Shown here piece by piece: positions 25,784 to 34,660 of a stretch of DNA of 64,000 nt. The translations under genes were made by a program, and so were the position numbers. The stretch lies in contig CAVPHS010000001.1 of the NCBI GenBank assembly GCA_963704805.1, forward strand, positions 850,496 to 914,495. The letters run 5' to 3'. The stretch is from an uncultured Gemmatimonadales bacterium (lineage in GTDB: Bacteria; Gemmatimonadota; Gemmatimonadetes; Gemmatimonadales; GWC2-71-9). Under the pieces are notes generated by a model, which saw nothing but the letters and a program-made list of their open reading frames with translations, did not search any database and was not told where the DNA came from. Position 1 is the first letter of the stretch; the number at the start of each line of letters is the position of its first letter.

Positions 25784-26044
25784 CCGTGCGCGAAGTGCGG
25801 CGAGTACAACGCCGGCATTGCGATCGGGGGGCTGTGCGCCAACTGCACCCGCCTGCTGCAGCGGCGGGCGGGCCGGATCGCGCGCCTGGTGGCTATCGGC
25901 ACGACAGTGCCCCTCGCGGTGTATGTCGCACTGGCACTGCCCGTGGAGCGGACGGCCCGGCTGGTCGGGGCAACATGTGTGCTCCTGTGGTACGTGTTGA
26001 CGTTTCTCATTGCTAAACGCGTGACCTTGGAGTGGATGAAATGA
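25784..26044 (+). CDS. Possible Zn-ribbon + 2-TM miniprotein (start codon unresolved)
   Basis: This frame has strong GC3 bias and encodes CAKCGEYNAGIAIGGLCANC (CxxC-x12-CxxC) followed by two hydrophobic helices. Its stop overlaps ATG 26041 (ATGA). There is no in-frame ATG/GTG/TTG between the upstream stop at 25622 and the Cys motif. Confidence 0.35.
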   Translation, partial: PCAKCGEYNAGIAIGGLCANCTRLLQRRAGRIARLVAIGTTVPLAVYVALALPVERTARLVGATCVLLWYVLTFLIAKRVTLEWMK

Positions 26045-27429
26045 ACGCCCTACGCCATATCTGGTACGTCGTATGTCTGCTGCTCGTGAGCGCCGCATCG
26101 CTGGGGAGCGCACAGACTTCTCTTTCCATCTATAGAGACGGGCGCGTCGTGGTGCGGCGCACGCTGCCGCAGGCCCTGCAGCAGGGCCGCAACGCGCTGA
26201 CACTGCGACTCGAGGCGCTCGATCCGGCGACGCTCTTCTCGCCCGATACTGCTGTCTCCGTCGGCTCGGCAACCGTTCGCTACCCGAGCACTGCGACCGA
26301 CGCGCTGGCGCGCGCGGTTGGGCAGACGCTCTCGTTCGTTCGCACCAAGGGCGACACGATTCGGGCGACTGTCGTTCGCGCGGATCCACCACAGTACAAG
26401 CTGCCCGATGGGCGCCTGCTGCTCAGCCTGCCTGGCGAGCCGTTGTTCCCCGCGGAGCTCGTGAGAACGACGCCCGAAGCCCAGCTCGTGCTCGACGCGT
26501 CGCGCGCGCGACAGCGCACGGAGATCGCGTACGTGGCGCAGGGCGTCACGTGGGAGGCGTTGTATCAGGTGATCTTGACGGGTTCGCGCGCGCAGGTTTC
26601 GGGAACCGCAACGGTTACGTCGCAGGGATTGCGCGCCGACAGCGCCGAAGTGCAGCTCGTGGCAGGCACGATCCGCCGCACGCGCCAACCAAAGTCAGAA
26701 CAGGCGGGGTACGCCGTGGACGGCGTCATGGCGGCACGCGCTGCACTCGCGGAAGGGACGGCGACAACCGAGGAGGCAGTCGGTGAGACGCACGTCTACC
26801 AGCTTCCCGGCCGCCTGACGATCGAACCGAACGTCCCCGTCGCGACGGCGCTCTTCGCCCGCAGCTCCGCGCCGGCCACCCAGGAGCTGATCGTCCCCGG
26901 CGTGCTGCCCTGGCGCGGTTGGATGGGGCAGAACCCAGAGCCCAATCGGGTGCCGGTCCAGGTCTGGTACACGATCAAGCGAGCCGCGAAGACACCGTTC
27001 GGTGACAGGCCGCTCCCGGCGGGCACCGTGCAACTGTACCAGGCGGACTCGAGCGGTCGGGTCCAGCTAATCGGTGAAGCGGCGAACGATCACACAGCAC
27101 CTGGACGCGATCTGCGCCTCCAGTCGGGGGATGCCTTCGATATCACGGCCGAACGCGTTCAGACGGACTACAATCAGGAGCAACTTCCTGCTGAGCGCCG
27201 CGGCCTGCCGCCACGCCAGCGCGTGACGGCGGCATATCGTGTGACGGTCTCGAATGCGAAGGCCGAGCCCGTGACCGTGGATGTGCGCGAAGCGCACTTT
27301 GGGAGCTGGAAAATCATCGAGAGCAGCGTCCCGGCCGAAAAGCTCTCGTCCACGGAATCACGCTTCCGCTTGTCGGTCCCGGCTGGCGGGTCGGCGACGC
27401 TGACCTACACGGTGCAAATCGAGTCATGA
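26041..27429 (+). CDS. Secreted DUF4139-like protein
   Basis: Signal peptide MNALRHIWYVVCLLLVSAASLGSAQ. The ~460-aa beta-rich protein resembles DUF4139 family members from memory (no search run). Confidence 0.55.
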   Translation: MNALRHIWYVVCLLLVSAASLGSAQTSLSIYRDGRVVVRRTLPQALQQGRNALTLRLEALDPATLFSPDTAVSVGSATVRYPSTATDALARAVGQTLSFVRTKGDTIRATVVRADPPQYKLPDGRLLLSLPGEPLFPAELVRTTPEAQLVLDASRARQRTEIAYVAQGVTWEALYQVILTGSRAQVSGTATVTSQGLRADSAEVQLVAGTIRRTRQPKSEQAGYAVDGVMAARAALAEGTATTEEAVGETHVYQLPGRLTIEPNVPVATALFARSSAPATQELIVPGVLPWRGWMGQNPEPNRVPVQVWYTIKRAAKTPFGDRPLPAGTVQLYQADSSGRVQLIGEAANDHTAPGRDLRLQSGDAFDITAERVQTDYNQEQLPAERRGLPPRQRVTAAYRVTVSNAKAEPVTVDVREAHFGSWKIIESSVPAEKLSSTESRFRLSVPAGGSATLTYTVQIES

Positions 27430-28280
27430 CGATTCAGATCGCGCATATCGGGGATATCCACTTCGGCGGCGTCGCGAACATTCCGGTCGTCGAAGCGCTG
27501 GAGCGCGTGCTGCCCGATCTGCGCCCTGACGCCATCGTCATCGCGGGCGACATGTCACAGCGCGCGCGCCACGGCGAATTCCAGCGCGGTCGTGCGTTTG
27601 CGAATCTGGTGCGCGAGATCGCCCCCGTCGTCGTGATTCCAGGAAATCACGACGTGCAGTGGTGGCGCCGGCCGCTTATCCCGTTCCGCAAAGACGCCGT
27701 CTACCAGAAGTACCGCCGCTATTTCGGCGACGATCTGACTCCCACACTCACCATCCCCGGTGGCGTGGTCATCGCCTCCGCGCTCACGGCGCACGGCGTC
27801 GCCTGGGGATCGCTCACGCTGCGGCTGCGCGACATCGCCGTCAAAGGTCATCTGCCCAAGCGCGAGGCGGAGCGCGTCCAATCCGTGTTCGCCGGGTCCG
27901 AGCCCGGGCTCCCGCGCGTCCTCGTGATGCACCACAACCTGCTGCGGGGCCAGCTGTCGCAGCGCATGGGTCTCGCGCGCTGGAAAACCGCGCAACGGCG
28001 TGTCGTGGCCGCCGGCACCGACGTGGTGTTGTGCTGTCACGACCACCAGGAAAGCGCCGAGCAGCTCGACGGCAAGGTCGTCGTCTCGACCGCGGGGACG
28101 CTCTCGACGCGCGCGCGGGGCCAACGACCGGTGTCGTTCAACGTCGTCACGATCGATCCGACCGCCGTCCAGGTGACGTTTTTCCGGTGGGATGCCGGCA
28201 GGCAGCGGTTCCAGCCTTCCGATACAGCCGCGTTTGCCCGCAGGAAAGCTCCAAGCCTGGAGCCGCAAGTCGCGCAGTAA
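27426..28280 (+). CDS. Metallophosphoesterase (calcineurin-like)
   Basis: Contains GDIHFG, AGDMSQ and IPGNHD motifs. Its ATGA start overlaps the upstream stop. Confidence 0.85.
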   Translation: MTIQIAHIGDIHFGGVANIPVVEALERVLPDLRPDAIVIAGDMSQRARHGEFQRGRAFANLVREIAPVVVIPGNHDVQWWRRPLIPFRKDAVYQKYRRYFGDDLTPTLTIPGGVVIASALTAHGVAWGSLTLRLRDIAVKGHLPKREAERVQSVFAGSEPGLPRVLVMHHNLLRGQLSQRMGLARWKTAQRRVVAAGTDVVLCCHDHQESAEQLDGKVVVSTAGTLSTRARGQRPVSFNVVTIDPTAVQVTFFRWDAGRQRFQPSDTAAFARRKAPSLEPQVAQ

Positions 28281-28334
28281 AGTTGCAAGACGCCAAGTTG
28301 CGAAGTGGCTTCACTTCTGGGACATTTCGGGCCC

Positions 28335-29522
28335 ATGACTTCCAAGTTCCACGGCGTCGATTTCTATCAGACGGACAGTCTGCTCAGCGAAGAAGAGCGT
28401 GCCATCCGTGATACGGTCCGCGAATGGGTCGACGAAAACCTCATGCCCGTCATCGGCGAAGCCTACGTCGCCGGCAGGTTCCCCAAACAGCTGATCCCCG
28501 GCATGGCGGAGTTGGGACTTTTCGGTGCCAATCTCCCCGAGGAATACGGCTGCGCAGGGCTAAACAACGTCGCCTATGGATTGATCATGCAGGAGCTCGA
28601 GCGCGGCGACTCGGGCGTGCGCTCCTTTGCGTCCGTGCAAGGCGCGCTCGTGATGTATCCGATTTACACCTTTGGCTCCGAAGAACAGAAGAAGCAATGG
28701 CTGCCGCAGATGGCGAGCGGCAAAGTTATCGGCTGCTTCGGACTGACGGAGCCGGATTATGGCTCCAATCCGGCCGGCATGATCACCGTTGCCAAAGAGA
28801 CGAAGGACGGTTGGGCGCTCAATGGCGCGAAGATGTGGATCACGAACGGGTCGACCGCGCAGGCCGCCATTATCTGGGCCAAGACGGGTAAGCTCGATGA
28901 CGCCAATTCGATTCGCGGCTTTATCGTCCCGACCGACACCAAGGGCTTTTCCGCCAAGGATCAGAAGGGCAAGCTGTCGCTCCGCGCGAGCGATACCAGC
29001 GAGCTCGTCCTGCAAGACGTCCACGTCCCCAAGGACGCGCTCCTCCCCAAATCAGGCGGGCTCAAGTCGCCGCTCATGTGTCTCACCGCGGCGCGCTACG
29101 GCATCGCCTGGGGGGCGGTCGGAGCCGCGATGGCCTGCTACGATGAGGCGGTGAGCTACGCCAAGCAGCGCGTCATGTTCGGGAAGCCCATCGGCGGGTT
29201 TCAGCTGCAGCAGGCGCGCCTCGCGGACATGCTCACCGAGATCACCAAAGCGCAGCTACTCTGCGTACAGCTCGGCCGGCTGAAGGACGACGGGAAGTCC
29301 ACGCCGCAGCAGGTCAGTCTCGCCAAGCGCAACAACGTCAGCATGGCCACCGACATCGCCCGGGAGACGCGTCGCCTGCTCGGCGCGAACGGCATTCTGG
29401 CGGAGTACCAGGCGATGCGACACCTCGCAAACCTCGAATCGGTGTATACCTACGAGGGCACGCACGACGTGCACACCCTGATTCTGGGGCAGGAAATCAC
29501 GGGACTCTCGGCCTTCAACTAG
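28335..29522 (+). CDS. gcdH: Glutaryl-CoA dehydrogenase
   Basis: The N-terminus FHGVDFYQTDSLLSEEERAIRDTVREWV, CFGLTEPDYGSNPAGM and the acyl-CoA dehydrogenase C-terminus are present. ATG 28335 is preferred over GTG 28305. Confidence 0.9.
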   Translation: MTSKFHGVDFYQTDSLLSEEERAIRDTVREWVDENLMPVIGEAYVAGRFPKQLIPGMAELGLFGANLPEEYGCAGLNNVAYGLIMQELERGDSGVRSFASVQGALVMYPIYTFGSEEQKKQWLPQMASGKVIGCFGLTEPDYGSNPAGMITVAKETKDGWALNGAKMWITNGSTAQAAIIWAKTGKLDDANSIRGFIVPTDTKGFSAKDQKGKLSLRASDTSELVLQDVHVPKDALLPKSGGLKSPLMCLTAARYGIAWGAVGAAMACYDEAVSYAKQRVMFGKPIGGFQLQQARLADMLTEITKAQLLCVQLGRLKDDGKSTPQQVSLAKRNNVSMATDIARETRRLLGANGILAEYQAMRHLANLESVYTYEGTHDVHTLILGQEITGLSAFN

Positions 29523-29556
29523 AAACCGCCTTGCGCCGCATCACGTTAGGACAGCC

Positions 29557-31302
29557 ATGACTTTGGCCCTGCTGCTCGTCCTCGTCCAAAATCCACCGCT
29601 CGTCGACATCCGCGACCTCACACCACACGAGCACCGCGTTGCCGGATTCGTGCTCACGGCGCCGCAGGAATTGAAAATCACCGCCGTCGGCGCCGAGCCC
29701 TGGCCCGACAAGCTCCGCAGCCGCGACGACGATCAATGGGAGGACGATGAGCAGACCACGTGGCCCGCGGCGGCCTGGATTCTCGATGCCAGGACGCGGG
29801 CGGTGGTGTGGGATCTGCGCGCTGTCGAGACGCGCCGCGAATCGAACGGACTGCGGCGCTTCTCCGGCAGTGTGCGGCTGCCGGCCGGCGTGTACGAGGC
29901 GCATTACGCATCCTACGCCGCGGCGTCAGTCTCCTTCCAAGGCGCCGAGAGCTACAATCTCGGCGACCTCGTTCGCCTCGCACGCCGGGCGAAGTACGGC
30001 GGGCCCTACGTGGAGAACGGGGCGTACAAGGAGTTTGCGTTGACGGTCGCGGGAGCTGGGCAAAAGGCTTCCGACGAGCAGCTGGACGAGGCGCGCGCCG
30101 CGTTCAACGCGTCCGCCATCGCGATCGTGCGACCGGAGCATAACGGCACGGAGCGACGGGGCTTTGAGCTGGTCCGACCGACGGCGGTCGAGGTCTATGC
30201 TGTGGGCGAGTTACGGCGCGGTGACGCCTTCGATTACGGCTGGATCATGAACGCCGATACGCGCAAGCGTGTCTGGACGATGACGGACGACAACACCGAT
30301 CCCGCGGGCGGCGCTTCCAAGAATCGCGTGGCGCATGAGACGCTGCGTCTCCAACCGGGGCGTTATGTCGCCTACTTCGCGGCCGATGACTCCCACGAGC
30401 CGGATGACTGGAACAACGTGCCGCCGACCGATCCCGCATCATGGGGTCTGACACTCAAGGTCGCCGATCCGGCCGCGCGCGCGGCGGTCAAGCCGTTCGA
30501 GTACCAACCCGTTCCTGAAGGTCAGACGATCGTCTCGCTCATCGAGGTCAGAGACCACGAGCGGCGTGCCGAGGGATTCACCCTCAAACGGCCGATGGAC
30601 GTCCGCATCTACGCCGTCGGCGAGATCAGCGGCGACGAGATGGTGGACTACGCCTGGATCGTGGACGCGGTCGATCATCAACGCGTCTGGGCGATGACGT
30701 CCGATAATACCGAACCCGCCGGCGGCGGCGCGAAGAACCGTGTGTTCGATGGCGTCCTGCGCCTCTCGCCCGGCAGCTATATGGTGTATTACCGGAGCGA
30801 CGACTCACACTCCTTCGAGGACTGGAATGCCGCTCCTCCCCCCGAGGCGCGCTACTGGGGCGTGAGCGTCTTCCCCGCGAGCGGGCGGTTGAATCCCAAT
30901 GACGTTGCCAAGTTCGAGGGTGCCCGCCCGAGCGGCAGCGCGATCGCCCTCCTCGCGCCCATGGGTGACGACGAGAACGCCCGCGTGACGTTCGAGCTTT
31001 CGGCCACGACTCGCGTGCACGTCTACGCGCTCGGCGAAGGCCACGACGGCGAAATGTTCGACTACGGCTGGATCGAGAACAGCAGCGGCGCCACCGTCTG
31101 GCAGATGAAGTATGACGATACAGAACCCGCCGGCGGCGCCGACAAGAATCGCATGTTCGACGGAACGATTACGCTGCCCGCCGGATCCTACGTGCTGCGC
31201 TACGCCTCGGACGGTTCGCATTCCCACGCGAACTGGAATGACGACCCACCTGACGACCCCGACAGCTGGGGCATCTCTGTGTTCCGAATGGAGAAGCGGT
31301 AG
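29557..31302 (+). CDS. Uncharacterised protein with four internal repeats (172 + 3x138 aa)
   Basis: Repeat starts fall at 29647, 30163, 30577 and 30991 (F[VET]L...). The shared pattern is YAVGE...DYGWI...VW.M...T.PAGG..KNR....L.L..G.Y...Y..D.SH....WN..PP....WG. I recognise no family. Confidence 0.7.
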   Translation: MTLALLLVLVQNPPLVDIRDLTPHEHRVAGFVLTAPQELKITAVGAEPWPDKLRSRDDDQWEDDEQTTWPAAAWILDARTRAVVWDLRAVETRRESNGLRRFSGSVRLPAGVYEAHYASYAAASVSFQGAESYNLGDLVRLARRAKYGGPYVENGAYKEFALTVAGAGQKASDEQLDEARAAFNASAIAIVRPEHNGTERRGFELVRPTAVEVYAVGELRRGDAFDYGWIMNADTRKRVWTMTDDNTDPAGGASKNRVAHETLRLQPGRYVAYFAADDSHEPDDWNNVPPTDPASWGLTLKVADPAARAAVKPFEYQPVPEGQTIVSLIEVRDHERRAEGFTLKRPMDVRIYAVGEISGDEMVDYAWIVDAVDHQRVWAMTSDNTEPAGGGAKNRVFDGVLRLSPGSYMVYYRSDDSHSFEDWNAAPPPEARYWGVSVFPASGRLNPNDVAKFEGARPSGSAIALLAPMGDDENARVTFELSATTRVHVYALGEGHDGEMFDYGWIENSSGATVWQMKYDDTEPAGGADKNRMFDGTITLPAGSYVLRYASDGSHSHANWNDDPPDDPDSWGISVFRMEKR

Positions 31303-31319
31303 CGTAGCTTTCCGGCCTC

Positions 31320-32072
31320 ATGAAAATCGCCGTTTGTATCAAGCGCGTCCCCGACTCGGAAACGCGGGTCAAGATCGCCGCCGACGGCACGAGCCTCGAC
31401 GAAGCCGGCGTAAAATTCGTCATGAACCCCTACGACGAGTTCGCCGTTGAGGAAGCCTTAAGGCGGAAAGAGAAAGCCGGAGCCGGTGAAGTTGTCGTGA
31501 TCTCCCTGGGCCAGGCGGCTGCGCAGGAGACGATTCGTACCGCGTTGGCCATGGGTGCCGATCGCGGCATCCTGCTGCAAAGCGACAAGATCCCCGCCGA
31601 CTCGTTCGAGACTGCACGCCTCATCGCTGCCGAGCTGAAGACCGGCACGTGGGATCTGATCCTCCTTGGCCGCATGGCGATCGACGACTACAACCATCAG
31701 GTCGGTGTCATCGTCGCGGAGCTGCTCGGCCTGCCGTGCGTGAGCGCGGTGTCGCACCTGGATATCGAAGGGACCAAGGGGATTGCCGAGCGCGAGATCG
31801 AAGGGGGCATCGAAGTCGTGGAGTTTCCGCTGCCTGCGTTGCTCACCGTCGATAAAGGTCTGAACGAGCCGCGTTATCCCGCCCTCAAGGGCATCATGGC
31901 CGCCAAGAAGAAGCCGCTCGACGTGAAGCCGGTACAAGCGGGAGCGGGGGCGATCGACGTCACCGCGCTCACGCCACCGCCCGAGCGCAAGGAAGGGAAA
32001 ATCGTGGGCGAGGGTGCGGGGGCCGTCGGCGAGCTGGTCCGGCTGCTGCGCGAGGAAGCGAAGGTGCTATGA
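31320..32072 (+). CDS. etfB: Electron transfer flavoprotein beta subunit
   Basis: 250 aa beginning MKIAVCIKRVPD, typical of EtfB. Confidence 0.95.
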   Translation: MKIAVCIKRVPDSETRVKIAADGTSLDEAGVKFVMNPYDEFAVEEALRRKEKAGAGEVVVISLGQAAAQETIRTALAMGADRGILLQSDKIPADSFETARLIAAELKTGTWDLILLGRMAIDDYNHQVGVIVAELLGLPCVSAVSHLDIEGTKGIAEREIEGGIEVVEFPLPALLTVDKGLNEPRYPALKGIMAAKKKPLDVKPVQAGAGAIDVTALTPPPERKEGKIVGEGAGAVGELVRLLREEAKVL

Positions 32073-33031
32073 GCGCGATCCTCGCGGTGCTGGAGCAGCG
32101 CGACGGCGCGCTGCGCAAGGTCTCGTACGAGATCGTGACCGCCGCCCTACGTCTCGGTGGTACGGTCGAGGCGGTCGTGTGCGCTATGGGTGCGGTGCAG
32201 GGGAGCGACCAGATCGGCAAGTACGGCGCCGAGAAGGTGGTCACACTCACCAATCCCTCGTTCGCGAAATACGATCCTGAGGCTTGCGCGCACGTCTTGG
32301 CCGAGCGAGCCCGGCAGGGTGGATATCAGGTTGTTGTGTTCGCGGCGAGCGCCACGGGCAAGGACCTCGCGCCACGCGTCGCGGCCAAACTTGGCGTCCC
32401 GGTGGCCGCGGATATCACGGAGCTCGCAGTCGACGGTAGCGCGATTGTCGCGACCCGCCCCGTGTACGCGGGGAAGGCGCTCCTGAAACTGAAGGTTGCT
32501 GCGAAACCGGCCGTCGTATCGGTGCGGCCGAATGTCTTCACGCCCATTGAGCGACCCAAAGCAGGGACCCCCGAAACGGTCGCCGTCGCGGTTTCACCGA
32601 GCCGCGTGGTGGTGCGCGAGGTCAAGCCGGCTCCCGCAGGCACGGTCGATGTTGCAGAGGCGCAGATAATCATCTCGGGGGGGCGCGGTCTCAAAGAGCC
32701 CGCGAATTTCAAGGTGCTCGAGGAGCTGGCCCGCGCATTTGGCGGCCGCGCCGCCGTCGGGGCATCCCGCGCGGTGGTCGACGCCGGGTGGCGCGCCCAC
32801 GCCGACCAGGTCGGCCAGACGGGCAAGACGGTCAGCCCGTCGCTATACATCGCTGTCGGAATTTCGGGCGCCATTCAGCATCTCGCCGGTATGCGCACCT
32901 CCAAAGTCATCGTCGCGATCAACAAGGACAAAGACGCCCCCATCTTCAAAGTGGCAGACTACGGCGTGGTGGGTGACTTGTTCGAAATCGTGCCGAAGCT
33001 CACCGAGGAGATCCGGAAGCTGCATGGATAG
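32069..33031 (+). CDS. etfA: Electron transfer flavoprotein alpha subunit
   Basis: 320 aa with the FAD-binding segment YIAVGISGAIQHLAGM. ATGA start overlap with etfB. Confidence 0.95.
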   Translation: MSAILAVLEQRDGALRKVSYEIVTAALRLGGTVEAVVCAMGAVQGSDQIGKYGAEKVVTLTNPSFAKYDPEACAHVLAERARQGGYQVVVFAASATGKDLAPRVAAKLGVPVAADITELAVDGSAIVATRPVYAGKALLKLKVAAKPAVVSVRPNVFTPIERPKAGTPETVAVAVSPSRVVVREVKPAPAGTVDVAEAQIIISGGRGLKEPANFKVLEELARAFGGRAAVGASRAVVDAGWRAHADQVGQTGKTVSPSLYIAVGISGAIQHLAGMRTSKVIVAINKDKDAPIFKVADYGVVGDLFEIVPKLTEEIRKLHG

Positions 33032-34655
33032 CTTCGTCCCCGCGCGATACCAGCCGGCGCTGCCGTTGGACAAACTCGTCATCGAGGAAGGGTCCGAAGG
33101 CGCCGGCGACAGGATGGAGCTGGATGTGGTAATCGTGGGCGCGGGACCCGCGGGTTTGTCGTGCGCGATCGAGCTGGCAAAGCTGGCGAAGGCGGACGGA
33201 TCGGAGCTGAACGTCGGCGTGTTGGAGAAGGCGGAGGCGCTAGGCGAGCACTCACTCTCCGGCGCCGTCGTCAATCCACGGGCGATGCGCGAGCTATTTC
33301 CCGAACTCCAGGACGCCGATTTTCCCTTTCGCCAGGCCGTCACCAAAGAAGCGGTTTACCTCCTGACCAAAAGCGGCAAGCTGCGCCTTCCCACGCCGCC
33401 GACGATGCACAATCGCAGTTACTACATCGGGTCGCTCTGTGAGATCGTCCGCTGGCTCGGCGCCAGGGCCGAGGCGCTCGGCGTCAACATCTTCACCGGC
33501 TTCCCAGCCGCGCAGCTGCTCGTGCGCGACCAAACAGTCGCGGGCGTCCGGACCGCGCGGGCGGGACTCGATCGTGACGGGAAACCGGCCTCAGGGGGAG
33601 GCAGCTCAGCAGCGAACGATCTGACCGCGAGGGTTACGGCGCTCGCCGGTGGGACGCGAGGGCTCCTGGCGCAGGCCTGGTGCGAGTGGCAGCACGTACC
33701 GTCCCAGAATCCTCAGATTTTCGCACTCGGCGTCAAAGAGCTGTGGGAGACGAAGCAGACCCTGGATCGTGTCATCCACACGCTGGGCTGGCCGCTCCCG
33801 ACCGACGCCTTCGGCGGCAGCTTCGTGTATCCGCTGGAGCCACATCTCGTCGCGTTGGGGCTGGTAGTAGGTCTGGACTATCGCGATGCGAATCTCGACG
33901 TCCATCTCCTGTTGCAGCGGTTCAAGCAGCACCCATTGCTGCGGTCGCTGCTCTCGGGCGGCGAGATGGTGGAGTGGGGTGCCAAAACGATCCCCGAAGG
34001 CGGCTATGCCGCGCTACCCCAGCGGCGCTGGGGTGATGGCGTGGTGTTGCTCGGCGACGCCGCGGGGTTCGTGGACGTCCCGTCGCTCAAGGGGATCCAT
34101 TACGCCATGCAGTCCGGCATCTATGCCGCGCGCGCGATTTTCCAGCATCTCAAGACCGGTGCCTCGCTCGCGGAGTACGACCGGCTGATCAACACGTCGT
34201 ACGTATCGAGCGACCTCTATCGCACGCGCAACATGCGCCTCGCGTTCCGTGACGGCTTCTATCTGGGTGGTTTCCAGGCTGCGCTGATGACGTTGACGGG
34301 TGGCCGGTTTCCGGGTGGCCAGTATCGCATGCATGCCGATGCAGACGTGCCGCGCCGAGTATCTACGGACGCGGCGGAAGCGGGGGTCGTCGGCGTTAGC
34401 AAGGTCGACGCGGTGTTCAAATCAGGAAACGCCACCCGAGACACGATTCCCAGTCATCTCATCGCGCCTGCGGATATACCGCCTGACGTGGCGCGATTCT
34501 ACGCGCACATGTGTCCGGCCGGCGTGTATGAGGTCAGCGACGGCCGCCTCCGCATCAACGCGCCCAATTGTGTGGATTGCAAGGCGACGGACGTACTCGG
34601 CCCCCGCTGGACACCCCGCGAGGGTGGCAGCGGACCCAAGTACAAACGGATGTAA
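33024..34655 (+). CDS. Electron-transfer flavoprotein:quinone oxidoreductase (ETF-QO/FixC-like)
   Basis: Starts at ATG 33024 (MDSFVPARYQ...). Contains VVIVGAGPAGLSCA and the C-terminal Fe-S motif CPAGVYE...NCVDCKATD. The listed ORF start at 32739 is an out-of-frame overlap with etfA. Confidence 0.9.
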   Translation: MDSFVPARYQPALPLDKLVIEEGSEGAGDRMELDVVIVGAGPAGLSCAIELAKLAKADGSELNVGVLEKAEALGEHSLSGAVVNPRAMRELFPELQDADFPFRQAVTKEAVYLLTKSGKLRLPTPPTMHNRSYYIGSLCEIVRWLGARAEALGVNIFTGFPAAQLLVRDQTVAGVRTARAGLDRDGKPASGGGSSAANDLTARVTALAGGTRGLLAQAWCEWQHVPSQNPQIFALGVKELWETKQTLDRVIHTLGWPLPTDAFGGSFVYPLEPHLVALGLVVGLDYRDANLDVHLLLQRFKQHPLLRSLLSGGEMVEWGAKTIPEGGYAALPQRRWGDGVVLLGDAAGFVDVPSLKGIHYAMQSGIYAARAIFQHLKTGASLAEYDRLINTSYVSSDLYRTRNMRLAFRDGFYLGGFQAALMTLTGGRFPGGQYRMHADADVPRRVSTDAAEAGVVGVSKVDAVFKSGNATRDTIPSHLIAPADIPPDVARFYAHMCPAGVYEVSDGRLRINAPNCVDCKATDVLGPRWTPREGGSGPKYKRM

Positions 34656-34660
34656 GCGGG

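Noticed and set aside
32739-33023. The N-terminal 95 aa of listed ORF 32739..34655, and similar long N-terminal extensions of ORFs 23131.., 42385..43335, 45224..46354, 47150.. and 54025...
   Set aside because: The extensions overlap the preceding gene out of frame and are compositionally junk. Internal ATGs placed right after the upstream stop give canonical N-termini.
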